A stretch of DNA of 63,540 bases, filler included, from Nemertoderma westbladi (Eukaryota > Animalia > Xenacoelomorpha): NCBI GenBank assembly GCA_032718475.1. It is 3 parts of 3 records of this genome, joined end to end, with 100 filler letters (N's around TTAATTAATTAA, not from the genome) between each part and the next. Parts side by side here need not be neighbours in the genome. Positions count along the whole stretch, not along the records: positions 30,607 to 56,417 come from JAUCBJ010002708.1; positions 56,518 to 63,540 come from JAUCBJ010004364.1; 1 more part is not named here. One strand, given 5' to 3'. The position numbers and the translations under genes are program-made. Below, one piece after another: positions 50,750-63,540 of this stretch. Numbering within the stretch: position 1 is the first letter of the stretch; each line of letters starts with the position of its first letter. The notes beneath the pieces are model-generated. The model saw nothing but the letters and a program-made list of their open reading frames with translations. It did not search any database and had not been told where the DNA came from.

Positions 50750-53700
50750 GACGTTATTCTTGGTGTAGACTGTAGAGTGGTACACTGCGAGACGTTATTG
50801 TTAGTGTAGACTGGTACACTGCCAGACGATAGTGTTGGTGTAGACCGGTGCACTGCGAGACTTTAGTGTTGGTGTAGACTGGTACATTGAGAGACGTTAG
50901 TGTTGGTGTAGACTGGTACACTGCGACACTTTAGTGTTGGTGTAGACTGGTACAATGCGATACGTTAATTTTAGTGTAGACTGGTACAATGCGATACGTT
51001 AATTTTGGTGTAGACTGGTACACTGCGACACTTTAGTGTTGGTGTAGACTGGTACACTGCGAGACGTTAGTGTTGGTGTAGACTGGTACACTGCGAGACG
51101 TTAGTGTTGGTGTAGACTGGTACACTGCGACACTTTAGTGTTGGTGTAGACTGGTACACTGCGACACTTTAGTGTTGGTGTAGACTGGTACACTGAGAGA
51201 CGTTAGTGTTGGTGTAGACTGGTATACTGAGAGACTTTAGTGTTGGTTTAGACTGGTACACTGCGAGACGTTAGTGTTGGTTTAGACTGGTACACTGCGA
51301 GACGTTAGTGTTGGTGTAGACTGGTACACTTCGAGACGTTAGTGTTGGTGTAGACTGGTATACTGAGAGACTTTAGTGTTGGTTTAGACTGGTACACTGC
51401 GACACTTTAGTGTTGGTGTAGACTGGTACAATGCGATTCGTTAATGTCGGTGTAGACTGGCACACTTCGAGACGTTAGTGTTGGTGTAGACTGGTATACT
51501 GAGAGACTTTAGTGTTGGTTTAGACTGGTACACTGCGACACTTTAGTGTTGGTGTAGACTGGTACAATGCGATTCGTTAATGTCGGTGTAGACTGGCACA
51601 CTTCGAGACGTTAGTGTTGGTGTAGACTGGTATACTGAGAGACTTTAGTGTTGGTTTAGACTGGTACACTGCGACACTTTAGTGTTGGTGTAGACTGGTA
51701 CAATGCGATTCGTTAATGTCGGTGTAGACTGGCACACTTCGAGACGTTAGTGTTGGTGTAGACTGGTATACTGAGAGACTTTAGTGTTGGTTTAGACTGG
51801 TACACTGCGAGACGTTAGTGTTGGTTTAGACTGGTACACTGCGAGACGTTAGTGTTGGTGTAGACTGGTACAATGCGATTCGTTAATGTCGGTGTAGACT
51901 GGCACACTTCGAGACGTTAGTGTTGGTGTAGACTGGTATACTGAGAGACTTTAGTGTTGGTTTAGACTGGTACACTGCGAGACGTTAGTGTTGGTTTAGA
52001 CTGGTACACTGCGAGACGTTAGTGTTGGTGTAGACTGGTACAATGCGATTCGTTAATGTCGGTGTAGACTGGCACACTTCGAGACGTTAGTGTTGGTGTA
52101 GACTGGTATACTGAGAGACTTTAGTGTTGGTTTAGACTGGTACACTGCGAGACGTTAGTGTTGGTTTAGACTGGTACACTGAGGGACGTTAGTGTTGGTG
52201 TGGACTGGTACACTGCGGGACATTAGTTTTGGTGTAGACTGGTACACTGCGACACTTTAGTGTTGGTGTAGACTGGTACAATGCGATACGTTAATTTTGG
52301 TGTAGACTGGTACACTGCGAGACTTTAGTGTTGGTTTAGACTGGTACACTGAGAGACGTTAGTGTTGGTGTAGACTGGTACAATGCGATTCGTTAATGTC
52401 GGTGTAGACTGGCACACTTCGAGACGTTAGTGTTGGTGTAGACTGGTATACTGAGAGACTTTAGTGTTGGTTTAGACTGGTACACTGCGAGACGTTAGTG
52501 TTGGTTTAGACTGGTAGACTGCGAGACGTTAGTGTTGGTTTAGACTGGTACACTGCGATACATTAGTGTTAGTGTAGACTGGTGCACTGAGAGACGTTAG
52601 TGTAGGTTTAGACTGGTGCACTGAGAGACGTTAGTGTTGGTTTAGACTGGTACACTGCGAGACGTTAGTGTTGGTGTAGACTGGTACAATGCGATTCGTT
52701 AATGTCGGTGTAGACTGGCACACTTCGAGACGTTAGTGTTGGTGTAGACTGGTATACTGAGAGACTTTAGTGTTGGTTTAGACTGGTACACTGCGAGACG
52801 TTAGTGTTGGTTTAGACTGGTACACTGAGAGACGTTAGTGTTGGTTTAGACTGGTAGACTGCGAGACGTTAGTGTTGGTTTAGACTGGTACACTGCGATA
52901 CATTAGTGTTAGTGTAGACTGGTGCACTGAGAGACGTTAGTGTTGGTTTAGACTGGTACACTGCGACACTTTAGTGTTGGTGTAGACTGGTACAATGCGA
53001 TTCGTTAATGTCGGTGTAGACTGGCACACTTCGAGACGTTAGTGTTGGTGTAGACTGGTATACTGAGAGACTTTAGTGTTGGTTTAGACTGGTACACTGC
53101 GAGACGTTAGTTTTGGTGTAGACTGGTACACTGCGACACTTTAGTGTTGGTGTAGACTGGTACAATGCGATACGTTAATTTTGGTGTAGACTGGTACACT
53201 GCGAGACTTTAGTGTTGGTTTAGACTGGTACACTGAGAGACGTTAGTGTTGGTGTAGACTGGTACAATGCGATTCGTTAATGTCGGTGTAGACTGGCACA
53301 CTTCGAGACGTTAGTGTTGGTGTAGACTGGTATACTGAGAGACTTTAGTGTTGGTTTAGACTGGTACACTGCGAGACGTTAGTGTTGGTTTAGACTGGTA
53401 GATTGCGAGACGTTAGTGTTGGTTTAGACTGGTACACTGCGATACATTAGTGTTAGTGTAGACTGGTGCACTGAGAGACGTTAGTGTAGGTTTAGACTGG
53501 TGCACTGAGAGACGTTAGTGTTGGTGTAGACTGGTATACTGCGATACATTAGTGTTAGTGTAGACTGGTGCACTGAGAGACGTTAGTGTAGGTTTAGACT
53601 GGTGCACTGAGAGACGTTAGTGTCGGTGTAGACTGGTACACTGCGATACATTAGTGTTAGTGTAGACTGGTGCACTGAGAGACGTTAGTGTTGGTTTAGA

Positions 53701-55121
53701 CTGGTATACTGAGAGACGTTAGTGTTGGTTTAGACTGGTACACTGCGAGACGTTAGTGTTGGTGTAGACTGGTACACTGCGACACTTTAGTGTTGGTGTA
53801 GACTGGTATACTGAGAGACTTTAGTGTTGGTTTAGACTGGTATAATGAGAGACTTTAGTGTTGGTTAAGACTGGTACACTTCGAGATGTAAGTGTAGGTT
53901 TAGACTGGTATACTGAGAGACGTTAGTGTTGGTTTAGACTGGTACACTGCGACACTTTAGTGTTGGTGTAGACTGGTATACTGAGAGACTTTAGTGTTGG
54001 TTAAGACTGGTACACTTCCAGATGTTAGTGTAGGTTTAGACTGGTATACTGAGAGACGTTAGTGTTGGTTTAGACTGGTACACTGCGAGACGTTAGTGTT
54101 GGTGTAGACTGGTACACTGCGACACTTTAGTGTTGGTGTAGACTGGTATACTGAGAGACTTTAGTGTTGGTTTAGACTGGTATAATGAGAGACTTTAGTG
54201 TTGGTTAAGACTGGTACACTTCGAGATGTAAGTGTAGGTTTAGACTGGTATACTGAGAGACGTTAGTGTTGGTTTAGACTGGTACACTGCGACACTTTAG
54301 TGTTGGTGTAGACTGGTATACTGAGAGACTTTAGTGTTGGTTAAGACTGGTACACTTCCAGATGTTAGTGTAGGTTTAGACTGGTATACTGAGAGACGTT
54401 AGTGTTGGTTTAGACTGGTACACTGCGAGACGTTAGTGTTGGTGTAGACTGGTACACTGCGACACTTTAGTGTTGGTGTAGACTGGTACACTTCGAGATG
54501 TTAGTGTGGGTTTAGACTGGTATACTGAGAGACGTTAGTGTTGGTTTAGACTGGTACACTGCGAGACGTTAGTGTTGGTGTAGACTGGTACACTGCGACA
54601 CTTTAGTGTTGGTGTAGACTGGTACACTTCGAGATGTTAGTGTGGGTTTAGACTGGTATACTGAGAGACGTTAGTGTTGGTTTAGACTGGTACACTGCGA
54701 CACTTTAGTGTTGGTGTAGACTGGTATACTGAGAAACTTTAGTGTTGGTTAAGACTGGTACACTTCCAGATGTTAGTGTAGGTTTAGACTGGTATACTGA
54801 GAGACGTTAGTGTTGGTTTAGACTGGTACACTGCGAGACGTTAGTGTTGGTGTAGACTGGTACACTGCGACACTTTAGTGTTGGTGTAGACTGGTACACT
54901 TCGAGATGTTAGTGTGGGTTTAGACTGGTATACTGAGAGACGTTAGTGTTGGTTTAGACTGGTACACTGTGGGACATTAGTTTTGGTGTAGACTGGTACA
55001 ATGCGATACGTTAATGTTGGTGTAGACTGGTACAATGCGATACGTTAATGTTGGTGTAGACTGGTACACTTCGAGATGTTAGTGTAGGTTTAGACTGGTG
55101 CACTGAGAGACGTTAGTGTCG
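50750..55121 (+). repeat. Satellite, 34-bp unit GTTAGTGTTGGTGTAGACTGGTACACTGCGAGAC, with higher-order structure
   Basis: About 4.4-kb uninterrupted array; diagnostic variants recur at multiples of 34. Confidence 0.97.
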
Positions 55122-55172
55122 TTACCTCTAACGTTGGCATTCAAAATATTGTATTAAATTACCATTTTTATA

Positions 55173-55658
55173 CACCATGGCCCGGAATATAGTGTCGTAA
55201 TTCAATGAAACGAGCCCCCCCCCCCCCCAAATGTTTCTACAAATCGTAATGATAAATGAGATGATGAGCCATTATTTTTATTTTTGCTTTCAATCTTTAG
55301 CTACAAGCGATAAAAAAAGAGTCTCCGCCGATATTGCACCAGTGATTTGTTGGTGCTGATGTAAAGCTGGCTGTGCAAGCAAGGATTCCAAGGATGTAAA
55401 AACATTTGAATTTGGTTGGGAAATAACTGCAATGTAACTGGTGCAATATCGCCGGCGACTCTTTTTTTTTAAAACGCTTGTACAGTAGCTATAGATTAAA
55501 AGCAAAAATAAAAATTCCGGCTCTCCCACTAAGTGGTCGGGAAATTAAATCCTCTCTGTTTCAAATTTCAATCAATCTCATTAGACTTGTAGAAAAATTG
55601 GCGGGGGGGGGGGGGGGTAGTGTCATTGAATTATGGCACTATATTCCAGGCCATGGTG
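55173..55658. mobile_element. Shorter relative of the CACCATG foldback MITE
   Basis: TA|CACCATGGCCCGGAATATAGTG...CACTATATTCCAGGCCATGGTG; poly-C/poly-G in the arms. Confidence 0.85.
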
Positions 55659-56417
55659 TTGTATGTATATCACGATGACAATTATCCCAGTTCAATAACT
55701 TCGCCAATTCGCACGAAATTCCGTAATGATCTGGTTTGTAATTCCGTAACGACACCAATAAAGCTGTAACACCAACTTGATTGCTAAATCTACTTAATTT
55801 TTTCCATGGCGGTCATTTTGAACATCTCTACTTATGCGCAATATGTTTAGTTAAAATTTAAAACTCAATAATTCGCAGAACTTTCACTTTAAAAAAATTC
55901 AAAAAAAGCCTTGTCTTTTTTGTGTATTTCCGTAACGTAATGTTTGCGATATTAAAAATAATAAATCCGAGGCAAATGGAGTAAAACTAACGAAACCAAA
56001 ATGTTCTCTGATAATTTGTCTTACTATGCTCCACAAAAAGTTCATTTAAGTCATCTTCGAAACACCAGGTAATACTTTATCTGGGAAAAGTCGTGCGAAA
56101 TGTAATTCCGTAACGATGAAATTCATGAAAGAGTAAAGACTCTCATTCTCATTAAATACGTAGGTTTCGTTTTTTACTTATTCAGCCCAATAAATACAAT
56201 CCGCGTGATTCTGCATAGCCATAAAAACAGTTGGCACCTTAATAAAGAAAAGCTGCACATTTATTTACCAGTACAAATTAGCAGGGCCTCAAAAACATTC
56301 AGGAAGATATAATTCAACTACGACCTCCCAAACACCGGGCCTGGTAACCTACAGTAAGTCTACTATTAGATTTTTATGTTTATTCAGAATTCTGAATGAA
56401 AGTGACTAAATTATTTC

Positions 56418-56517
56418 NNNNNNNNNNNNNNNNNNNNNNNNNNNNNNNNNNNNNNNNNNNNTTAATTAATTAANNNNNNNNNNNNNNNNNNNNNNNNNNN
56501 NNNNNNNNNNNNNNNNN
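56418..56517. other. Assembly gap with TTAATTAATTAA linker
   Basis: 44 N + 12-mer + 44 N. Confidence 0.97.
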
Positions 56518-57419
56518 CTGGATTGCGAAGCAAAAGGGGCCAGTTATATCCCACAGAAGCTTTTACATAGTCATATGGTACTCACCTATCCTACATTGGT
56601 ACCATTGTGATTTTTCGATGGCTCTGAACCCTGGATTTGTATTTATATTCGTCCAAAACAAAGCAACACTAGATAGACACTAGGTGGGTAGACAATACAC
56701 TATTACTTTCTTTGGATAGTTTTAATAAATATTAATATTCTACGATGATATTAATAACCCATGTATAAAAAATATACTACAGCAGTACCTCATGCAGAGC
56801 TAAATTGATTGATTGATCGATTTAATAGCGTGCTGCCGTACTGCCGCAGTATACTGTCTCATTATTATGATTCTCTTTCCTCTTTCTATTTTTCTATCCA
56901 GGTCGCACAAGATACAGTATGAAACTTATGTGACATCATTTCTGTGACGTAGCGTGGTCGCCAGCTAGGGGAGAGGGGAGGGGTCCAAGTGACGCCACCC
57001 ACCCCCCCCCCCCCCCCCCCCCACATCAGTCGTACCATGTCTAGCGCCAAAAACATTTTTTTCGAGTTTTTCAATACGTTGCTATTTCCTTCACCAATTT
57101 TAAATTCAAAGTAATCCTGTAACTTTTCTAGATTGTTATTAGTATTATAACAATGCAAAGTCTCAAAACTGTGCGAGTAACTGCTGATTTATGTAAGATA
57201 GATAATCTTTATCCATTGCCAAACTCGTTGCGTTCGCGCTGTACATCCTGGTTACCAAATATATGCCTAACAATAACAATTTCCATTATCAGTACTAAAC
57301 AAAATGATATATCGTCCAATATGCTAAATCATATGGTTTACGACTACATAATACTCATCTCCTTCATTAGCCACGTTGCGCTCGTCCTGTTTTGTTTCAA
57401 AATATTTTTCCTAAACGCA

Positions 57420-57637
57420 GACTGAAGGCCTTTATAACTATCCCTTCATTCGTTTATGACCAAACTTCAGATTCTTTCTAAACTTTTGACGGATTACATA
57501 CGTACTAAATTTGGTTTAATTTCATCAAGGAATGACTGAGTTATTAAGCGATCAAAAATATACGACGACGACGACAGACACTTGTTAAAATGGTACCCCT
57601 CTTCTAAGTCTTCGCTCACTTCGTGGCTCACCCCACA
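57420..57637 (+). mobile_element. Diverged HINE-like repeat
   Basis: AAATTTGG..TTTCATCAAGGAATGACTGAGTTATTAA, (GAC)n, CGCTCACTTCGTGGCTCACCCCACA. Confidence 0.55.
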
Positions 57638-58088
57638 CTCTCCAAGGCTGCTTTAAGCGTTTTTGACGCCTCAACCAGACGCGTTTTTGGCGCCCACCCA
57701 CTTTGAGAGGGGGCTAAAACGTAGTCTACCCCCGGGTGCTGATGTAAACCACGCTCCGCCTCTGGGTCAGCCATTGACAATCCTGGTTGAAACGTCTGCT
57801 AAAAGACATCGGTCTTGATAATGCAGATAAATGGTGGATTTACATGTCTGCTCGGCTGCTCGACTGTGACGAGTCAAGGCCCGTTGCTGGGCCTGACGGG
57901 CCGGTGATGCCTCCCAAGTGTCCGTAGGCCTACTGGCCTCTGTCGTGGCTGTATCACGGTAACCGTACTTGGTACTACTGTACAATGACCTGTGTATTTT
58001 GTCGGGTGGTATGCCAGTACTTAGTGCTACCTGTAAGTACTGACCTGTCCTCTACAGTATATTCGCCGTGGTGGTATGACAGTACTTA

Positions 58089-58251
58089 CGGTGGCTGATT
58101 GCGGCCAGTTACTGTATTTCCATCTTTTTTATTGTTTTTCACCCGGGTGAAAAACATTTATCACCCGGGTGAAAAACATTTATCACCCGGTTACAAAACA
58201 TTTTTCACCCGGGTGAAAAACATTTATCACATTGGCCGCAATCAGCCACCG
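58089..58251. mobile_element. 163-bp MITE, TA TSD, 19-bp TIR, internal palindromic repeats
   Basis: TA|CGGTGGCTGATTGCGGCCA...TGGCCGCAATCAGCCACCG|TA; repeated TCACCCGGGTGAAAAA. Confidence 0.85.
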
Positions 58252-58254
58252 TAC

Positions 58255-59790
58255 AGTACTGGTTCCATCTGTATATTCTGTATATATATTATAATACTGG
58301 TTCTATCTGTACTAATCTGTACATTCTGCCGTGGTGGTAATGACTGTACTGGTTCTATCTGTACTAATCTGTACATTCTGCCGTGGTGGTATGACTGTAC
58401 TGGTTCTATCTGTACTAATCTGTACATTCTGCCGTGGTGTTATGACTTACTAATCTGTGCATTCTGCCGTGGTTGTATGACATACTAATCTGTACATTCT
58501 GCCGTGGTGTTATGACATACTAATCTGTACATTCTGCCGTGGTAGTATGACTGTACTGGTTCTATCTGTACTAATCTGTACATTCTGCCGTGGTGTTATG
58601 ACATACTAATCTGTGCATTCTGCCGTGGTTGTATGACATACTAATCTGTACATTCTGCATTGCTGTTATGACATACTAATATGTACTGTACAATCTGCCG
58701 TGGTGGTATGACAGTAATGGTTCTATCTGTACTAATCTGTACATTCTGCCGTGGTGGTATGACAGTACTGGTTCTATCTGTACTAATCTGTACATTCTGC
58801 CGTGGTGGTATGACAAATACTGGTTCTATCTGTACTAATCTGTACATTCTGCCGTGGTGGTATGACAGTACTGGTTATATCTGTGCTAATCTGTACATTC
58901 TGCCGTGGTGATATGACTGTACTGGTTCTATCTGTACTAATCTGTACATTCTGCCGTGGTGGTATGACTGTACTGGTTCTATCTGTACTAATCTGTACAT
59001 TCTGCCGTGGTGGTACAGTATGACAGTACTGGTTCTATCTGTACTAATCTGTACATTCTGCCGTGGTGGTATGACTGTACTGGTTCTATCTGTACTAGTC
59101 TGTACATTCTGCCGTGGTGGTATGACTGTACTGGTTCTATCTGTACTAATCTGTATTCTGCCGTGGTGGTACGACAGTACTGGTTCCATCTGTATTGACC
59201 TGTATATTCTGTCGTGGTGGTATGACTGTACTGGTTCTATCTGTACTAATCTGTATATTCTGCCGTGGTGGTATGACAGTACTGGTTCTATCTGTACTGA
59301 CCTGTATATTCTGTCGTGGTGGTATGACAGTACAGCAGTACTGGTTCCATCTGTACTAATCTACAGTATATTCTGCCGTGGTGGTACGACAGTACTGGTT
59401 CCATCTGTACTGACCTGTATATTCTGTCGTGGTGGTATGACAGTACTGGTTCTATCTGTACTAGTCTGTACATTCTGCCGTGGTGGTATGACTGTACTGG
59501 TTCTATCTGTATATTCTGCCGTGGAGGTACGACAGTACTGGTTCTATCTGTACTGACCTGTATATTCTGCAGTGGTGGTATGACAGTACTGGTTCCATTT
59601 GCACTAATCTGTATTCTGCCGTGGTGGTACGACAGTACTGGTTCCATCTGTACTGACCTGTATATTCTGCAGTGGTGGTGTGACAGTATGTACTGGTTCC
59701 ATCTGTACTGACCTGTATATTCTGCCGTGGTGGTACGACAGTACTGGTTCTATCTGTACTGACCTGTATATTCTGTCGTGGTGGTATGAC
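58255..59790 (+). repeat. Satellite, 51-bp unit (35-bp deletion variants), with degenerate units from about 57960
   Basis: GTACTGGTTCTATCTGTACTAATCTGTACATTCTGCCGTGGTGGTATGAC(T/A) repeats. Confidence 0.93.
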
Positions 59791-61267
59791 GGCACTTGGT
59801 ATTCTCCGTAGTGACCGATGCAGCATCCGAAACCGAGGTGGATGAAACGGGCACGAATTTTCGCGAGAATCGCATCGGCGGAATCCCAGAACCCTTTCCT
59901 ATCGTATCCCATCAATTCCTCCATCGATATTTTCGCGATAGGTCGCTTCGTGTTTAAAAGCGGATTGTCAAGATTTTATGTCTTTCTATCGAATAACATA
60001 TTTTACAGTAGCCATGTCATATTGTAGAAATGTACAATATAATACGCTTACGTGTATTTCTAACAAATACAGTACGATCTTACAAATTGTTGCTAAAAAC
60101 TATGGTAGTAATATAAGAAAAGGTTGCGCGAGATTGTGGTTCTTGAACTCTCAGAGAGAATGTTTTACAGTAACGGAACATTTATAATTATTTACAATCA
60201 ATAATTCGAGATACAGTAGTCTCTGGATGTGATGGGTGATGTGATATCGGCGCTTTTTTGCACAATAAATGTTATCATTATTCGTGTATATTTGGACGAA
60301 CGTTCTTTTGATGACGTTTCGAGATTAAAATAAAAGTAGACCTAAATGCTAAAATCCTTTATTTCTTTAGTTGGTATGGTAAACGGCCACGATTCGTTAC
60401 CATTGTAGCCGGTGTTGGTTTATACCTTTAATAGAGCATACTGTACAGTATACAGTATTAGTAAAACCAACTTTAAATGCTCCTAAGTCATTGCAGTAAC
60501 GCTTTGCGATATATGTGCTGTAAAGACCAACACAAGTGACTGTAAAATAGATATTTCGGCCAACAGGCTATTATTCACTAAAATTAAATAATAGCCTGAG
60601 CCGAAATATACTGTATGCTTAGAATAATGGCCTTGGAAGTGGGAAGGGAACGGAACTACTGTAGGCCCTAGACTTATTATTATTAATTAAGAGTATGACC
60701 CCTTGGCCTTGCATCTTATCGACAATACATTATAAATGCTAGTCATACTGTTACTGTATATAGTATAACGTATTGCGCGGTATACGGCTGGACGGCCTGC
60801 TGTAATAGTAATTATATTTACGTGTTTAAAGTAGCACTTTAGAGTGTGATGATCCGAGTGCTTTGTTACACGAACGAACTTTATTTTCACTCATTCATTA
60901 CGAGTGAGTGAAAATAAAGCCACCAGGATCAGAACACTGTAAAGTACTTTGTGTATCCTTTCACATCTTTAATTTATGCGTCTAACCAAAATTTTCTGCG
61001 CCTGATATATCCTTGAGATTGTACGTACTTTGAAATCGGGCTGACAGCAGTACAGACATAGTTGTTTCATTAGGCCTACCACCTACCTCATTACTGCATT
61101 ATTCCATCACCTGTCCTGTACTCTGTACAGCTGTACGCTGTACCGCTGGCCTGTCTGCCTGTACAGCTGTACCGACTGACCGATACAGCGATAGGCCTAA
61201 TTTGATATTTTATGTAAATTACCGTAGTAAACTGTGCAGCAGCAGCTGTGTACTGTAGTAGATTCAA

Positions 61268-62341
61268 ATGGTAATTTCCAAAGCTATATTATTGGTTTTG
61301 TCTATTTCCTTTGTGCTGGTTATTATTCAAACATATTACCCTTTGATTCCTCTTGTCGAGGCAAACTCGTCATCATTTCCCCGTCCTACTACAGATCCTG
61401 CCGCTATGTCGTTAAAACCTGGAAAGAAACCACTGCTGCGTGCCGTCAGCGCCGACGTTAAAGTCCACCGCTGGCCGGAGCATATGGGCGAGGGAATCTG
61501 GCGACACATCGCCCGCGCCGCCAGGCACAGACTCGACTTCGACAATTCCGATAAATTCTTCATCGCCGTGTCCGGCGGATCGATACCCGCGGTGTTGCAA
61601 CACAGAATAGCCGCCTGCGACCAACCCATCGATAAACGGTGGAAAATCGTATTCGCGGACGAACGAATCGTTCCGTTGGATCACCCGGACTCGACGTACT
61701 ACCAATACCAACAGGGAGAGTTAGGTAAAGCCTTGTCTAACGCAGAGTTCATCCACATCGACCCTACTTTACCCCCGGAGGAATGCGCTCGGGATTATGA
61801 CAAGCGGTTGAGAGAAGCCGGTTTATATGAGGATGGACTGGACTTTATCATCCTTGGGATGGGGGCCGACGGGCATACTGCGTCGCTGTTTAAAGGCCAC
61901 CCAGCCCTGGAGAGCAAAGAGAACGTCGTCGCCATAACTGATAGCCCGAAACCTCCGGCAGAGAGAGTCACTCTAACACTGCCCACCATCAACGACGCTA
62001 CCTATGTTATCTTTATCGCTCTAGGTGAGGCTAAAGCTGAGACTCTAAAAGATATATTCAACTACACGAACAACTTCACGCTTCCAGCCGCTCGAGTTCA
62101 GCCACTTTCTCGGAATCTACGCTTCTATCTCGACAGAGAGTCGTGTAGACTACTCAACATCTCGTTATCGGACCGAGAGATGCCTCGGGATCGCTGGTTG
62201 ATCACGACCACGACCTGGGCGGAGGAGAACGCCAGACACCACAGGAAGCCTCCCTCGGGGCCTATAGACCTGGATGAAGAGGAGTTAGAAGAGTTTGGGG
62301 CCGCTGGAGGAGCCATTAAGATACCTGGTAAGGAATTGTGA
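61268..62341 (+). CDS. PGLS: 6-phosphogluconolactonase with N-terminal signal/TM segment and acidic C-terminal extension, intronless
   Basis: IAVSGGS, FADERIVPLDHPDSTY, DFIILGMGADGHTASLF, DSPKPPAERVTLTLP, LPAARVQP. Confidence 0.9.
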   Translation: MVISKAILLVLSISFVLVIIQTYYPLIPLVEANSSSFPRPTTDPAAMSLKPGKKPLLRAVSADVKVHRWPEHMGEGIWRHIARAARHRLDFDNSDKFFIAVSGGSIPAVLQHRIAACDQPIDKRWKIVFADERIVPLDHPDSTYYQYQQGELGKALSNAEFIHIDPTLPPEECARDYDKRLREAGLYEDGLDFIILGMGADGHTASLFKGHPALESKENVVAITDSPKPPAERVTLTLPTINDATYVIFIALGEAKAETLKDIFNYTNNFTLPAARVQPLSRNLRFYLDRESCRLLNISLSDREMPRDRWLITTTTWAEENARHHRKPPSGPIDLDEEELEEFGAAGGAIKIPGKEL

Positions 62342-62615
62342 TCCAATCTAATAGGCTCATGAGTTATACTCCTAACTGAGTTCTTGTCAGATTATGAGTT
62401 GTTATAATATAAAGTTTTTACTGATTTAATTGTTGAGATATTCCATCAATTGGTGGCATTATTTAATGTTTACCGTTTTATAATGACTGTATAATTATTT
62501 AGTAGTATTTAGTATCCTATTTTTGCTTTTTTTTTATGTGATAATATTCCCAAGATATCATTGTGCTCGGTTGATGATTAATATATTAACGTTGTAGATT
62601 ATTGTTAATTTAATA

Positions 62616-63482
62616 CACCATGACCCGTAATATAGTGTCATTTTCCGATGACACGGACCCCCCCCCCCCCCCCCCCCCATATTTTTCTACAAATCTTTAT
62701 CATATTGCTTGAAATTTGAAACACAACTAGTTCAACTCACCGTGGTTGTTACCATGAAGCCGGAATTGTCGATTTCGCCTTTAAATTTTATTTATAAGCG
62801 TTTTAAAAAAGTGTCTTTTGCGAAATCGCGAAATCGAAAGCTTGCGTTGCAAGGATTCCAAATATGTAACAATGTCTGAATTTCATTGAGAAACAGCTGA
62901 GAAATAGGCGTTGAAAGATTGCAAGAATTATTATTCGCTGAAGGCCATTTATTCTATTCAATAAATACACAAAATTCTAGAACGTGTAATTTATTTTATG
63001 AGTTGGTAGGCAACAGCGGTATGCCTATACAATATCTATATTGCCTAGCTAATCATACATAAACAAATTGTTCCAGAATATTGTGTATTTATTAAATAGA
63101 ATAAATGGCCTTCAGCGAACAATAATTCTTGCAATCTTTGAACGCCTATATCTCAGCTGTTTCTCAACGAAATTCAAACATTGTTACATATTTGGAATCC
63201 TTGCAACGCAACCTTTCTATTGATGTGAAAAAATTACGACTAATTTGAAGAATGGCAATGATACGGATGGTGCGATTTCGCAAGACACTTTTTCTAAAAC
63301 TCTTATAAATAAAATTTAAAGGCGAAATCGAAAATTCCGGCTTCATGGGGTCATCGACGGTGAGTGGAACTAGTTGTGTATCAAATTTTAAGCAATATTA
63401 TAAAGATTTGTATAAAAATTTGGGGGGGGGGGGGGGGGGGTCCGTGTCATCAGAAAATGACGCTATATTACGGGTCATGGTG
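62616..63482. mobile_element. Foldback MITE, family copy 2 (opposite orientation to 8720-9652)
   Basis: TA|CACCATGACCCGTAATATAG...CTATATTACGGGTCATGGTG|TA; central spacer is the reverse complement of that in copy 1. Confidence 0.92.
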
Positions 63483-63540
63483 TATATATAGATATCAATT
63501 TCTCGCTATAGATATACATATTTATTATTCTGAAAGTTGT

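Noticed and set aside
50750-55121. CRISPR-like array
   Set aside because: Units are contiguous variants of one 34-mer with no unique spacers; there are no cas genes and the context is eukaryotic.

Overview
Eukaryotic, probably invertebrate-animal, genomic scaffold. It is AT-rich and repeat-dense and has two 100-nt assembly gaps; there is no prokaryotic operon or CRISPR array. Host genes: a two-exon OCRL/INPP5B-like inositol 5-phosphatase plus the last exon of an upstream paralog, PLPP6/7-like PAP2 phosphatase, SLC35B4, PIGC, CDK7 (cut by a gap), PIGW (split by a +1 frame break), a 6-phosphogluconolactonase with a signal peptide and a C-terminal KEL, and two identical convergent tRNA-Leu(AAG) genes. 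Nearly all coding regions lack introns. Intergenic DNA holds RTE-type LINEs, an ISL2EU-like element with a YqaJ exonuclease remnant, P/hAT-, MuDR- and Tc1-type MITEs, Helentron-like repeats and three satellites (31, 34 and 51 bp units). Most notable: (1) direct evidence that TA-to-TACAGTA/TACTGTA DNA-transposon excision footprints, and a P-type footprint, accumulate densely and appear enriched upstream of genes; (2) a putative ER-luminal stand-alone 6PGL; (3) the PIGW frame break; (4) an apparent gene-conversion tract between the OCRL paralogs; (5) a 5.5-kb composite block inserted in register into a satellite. All family calls come from motif recognition by eye, not database searches.
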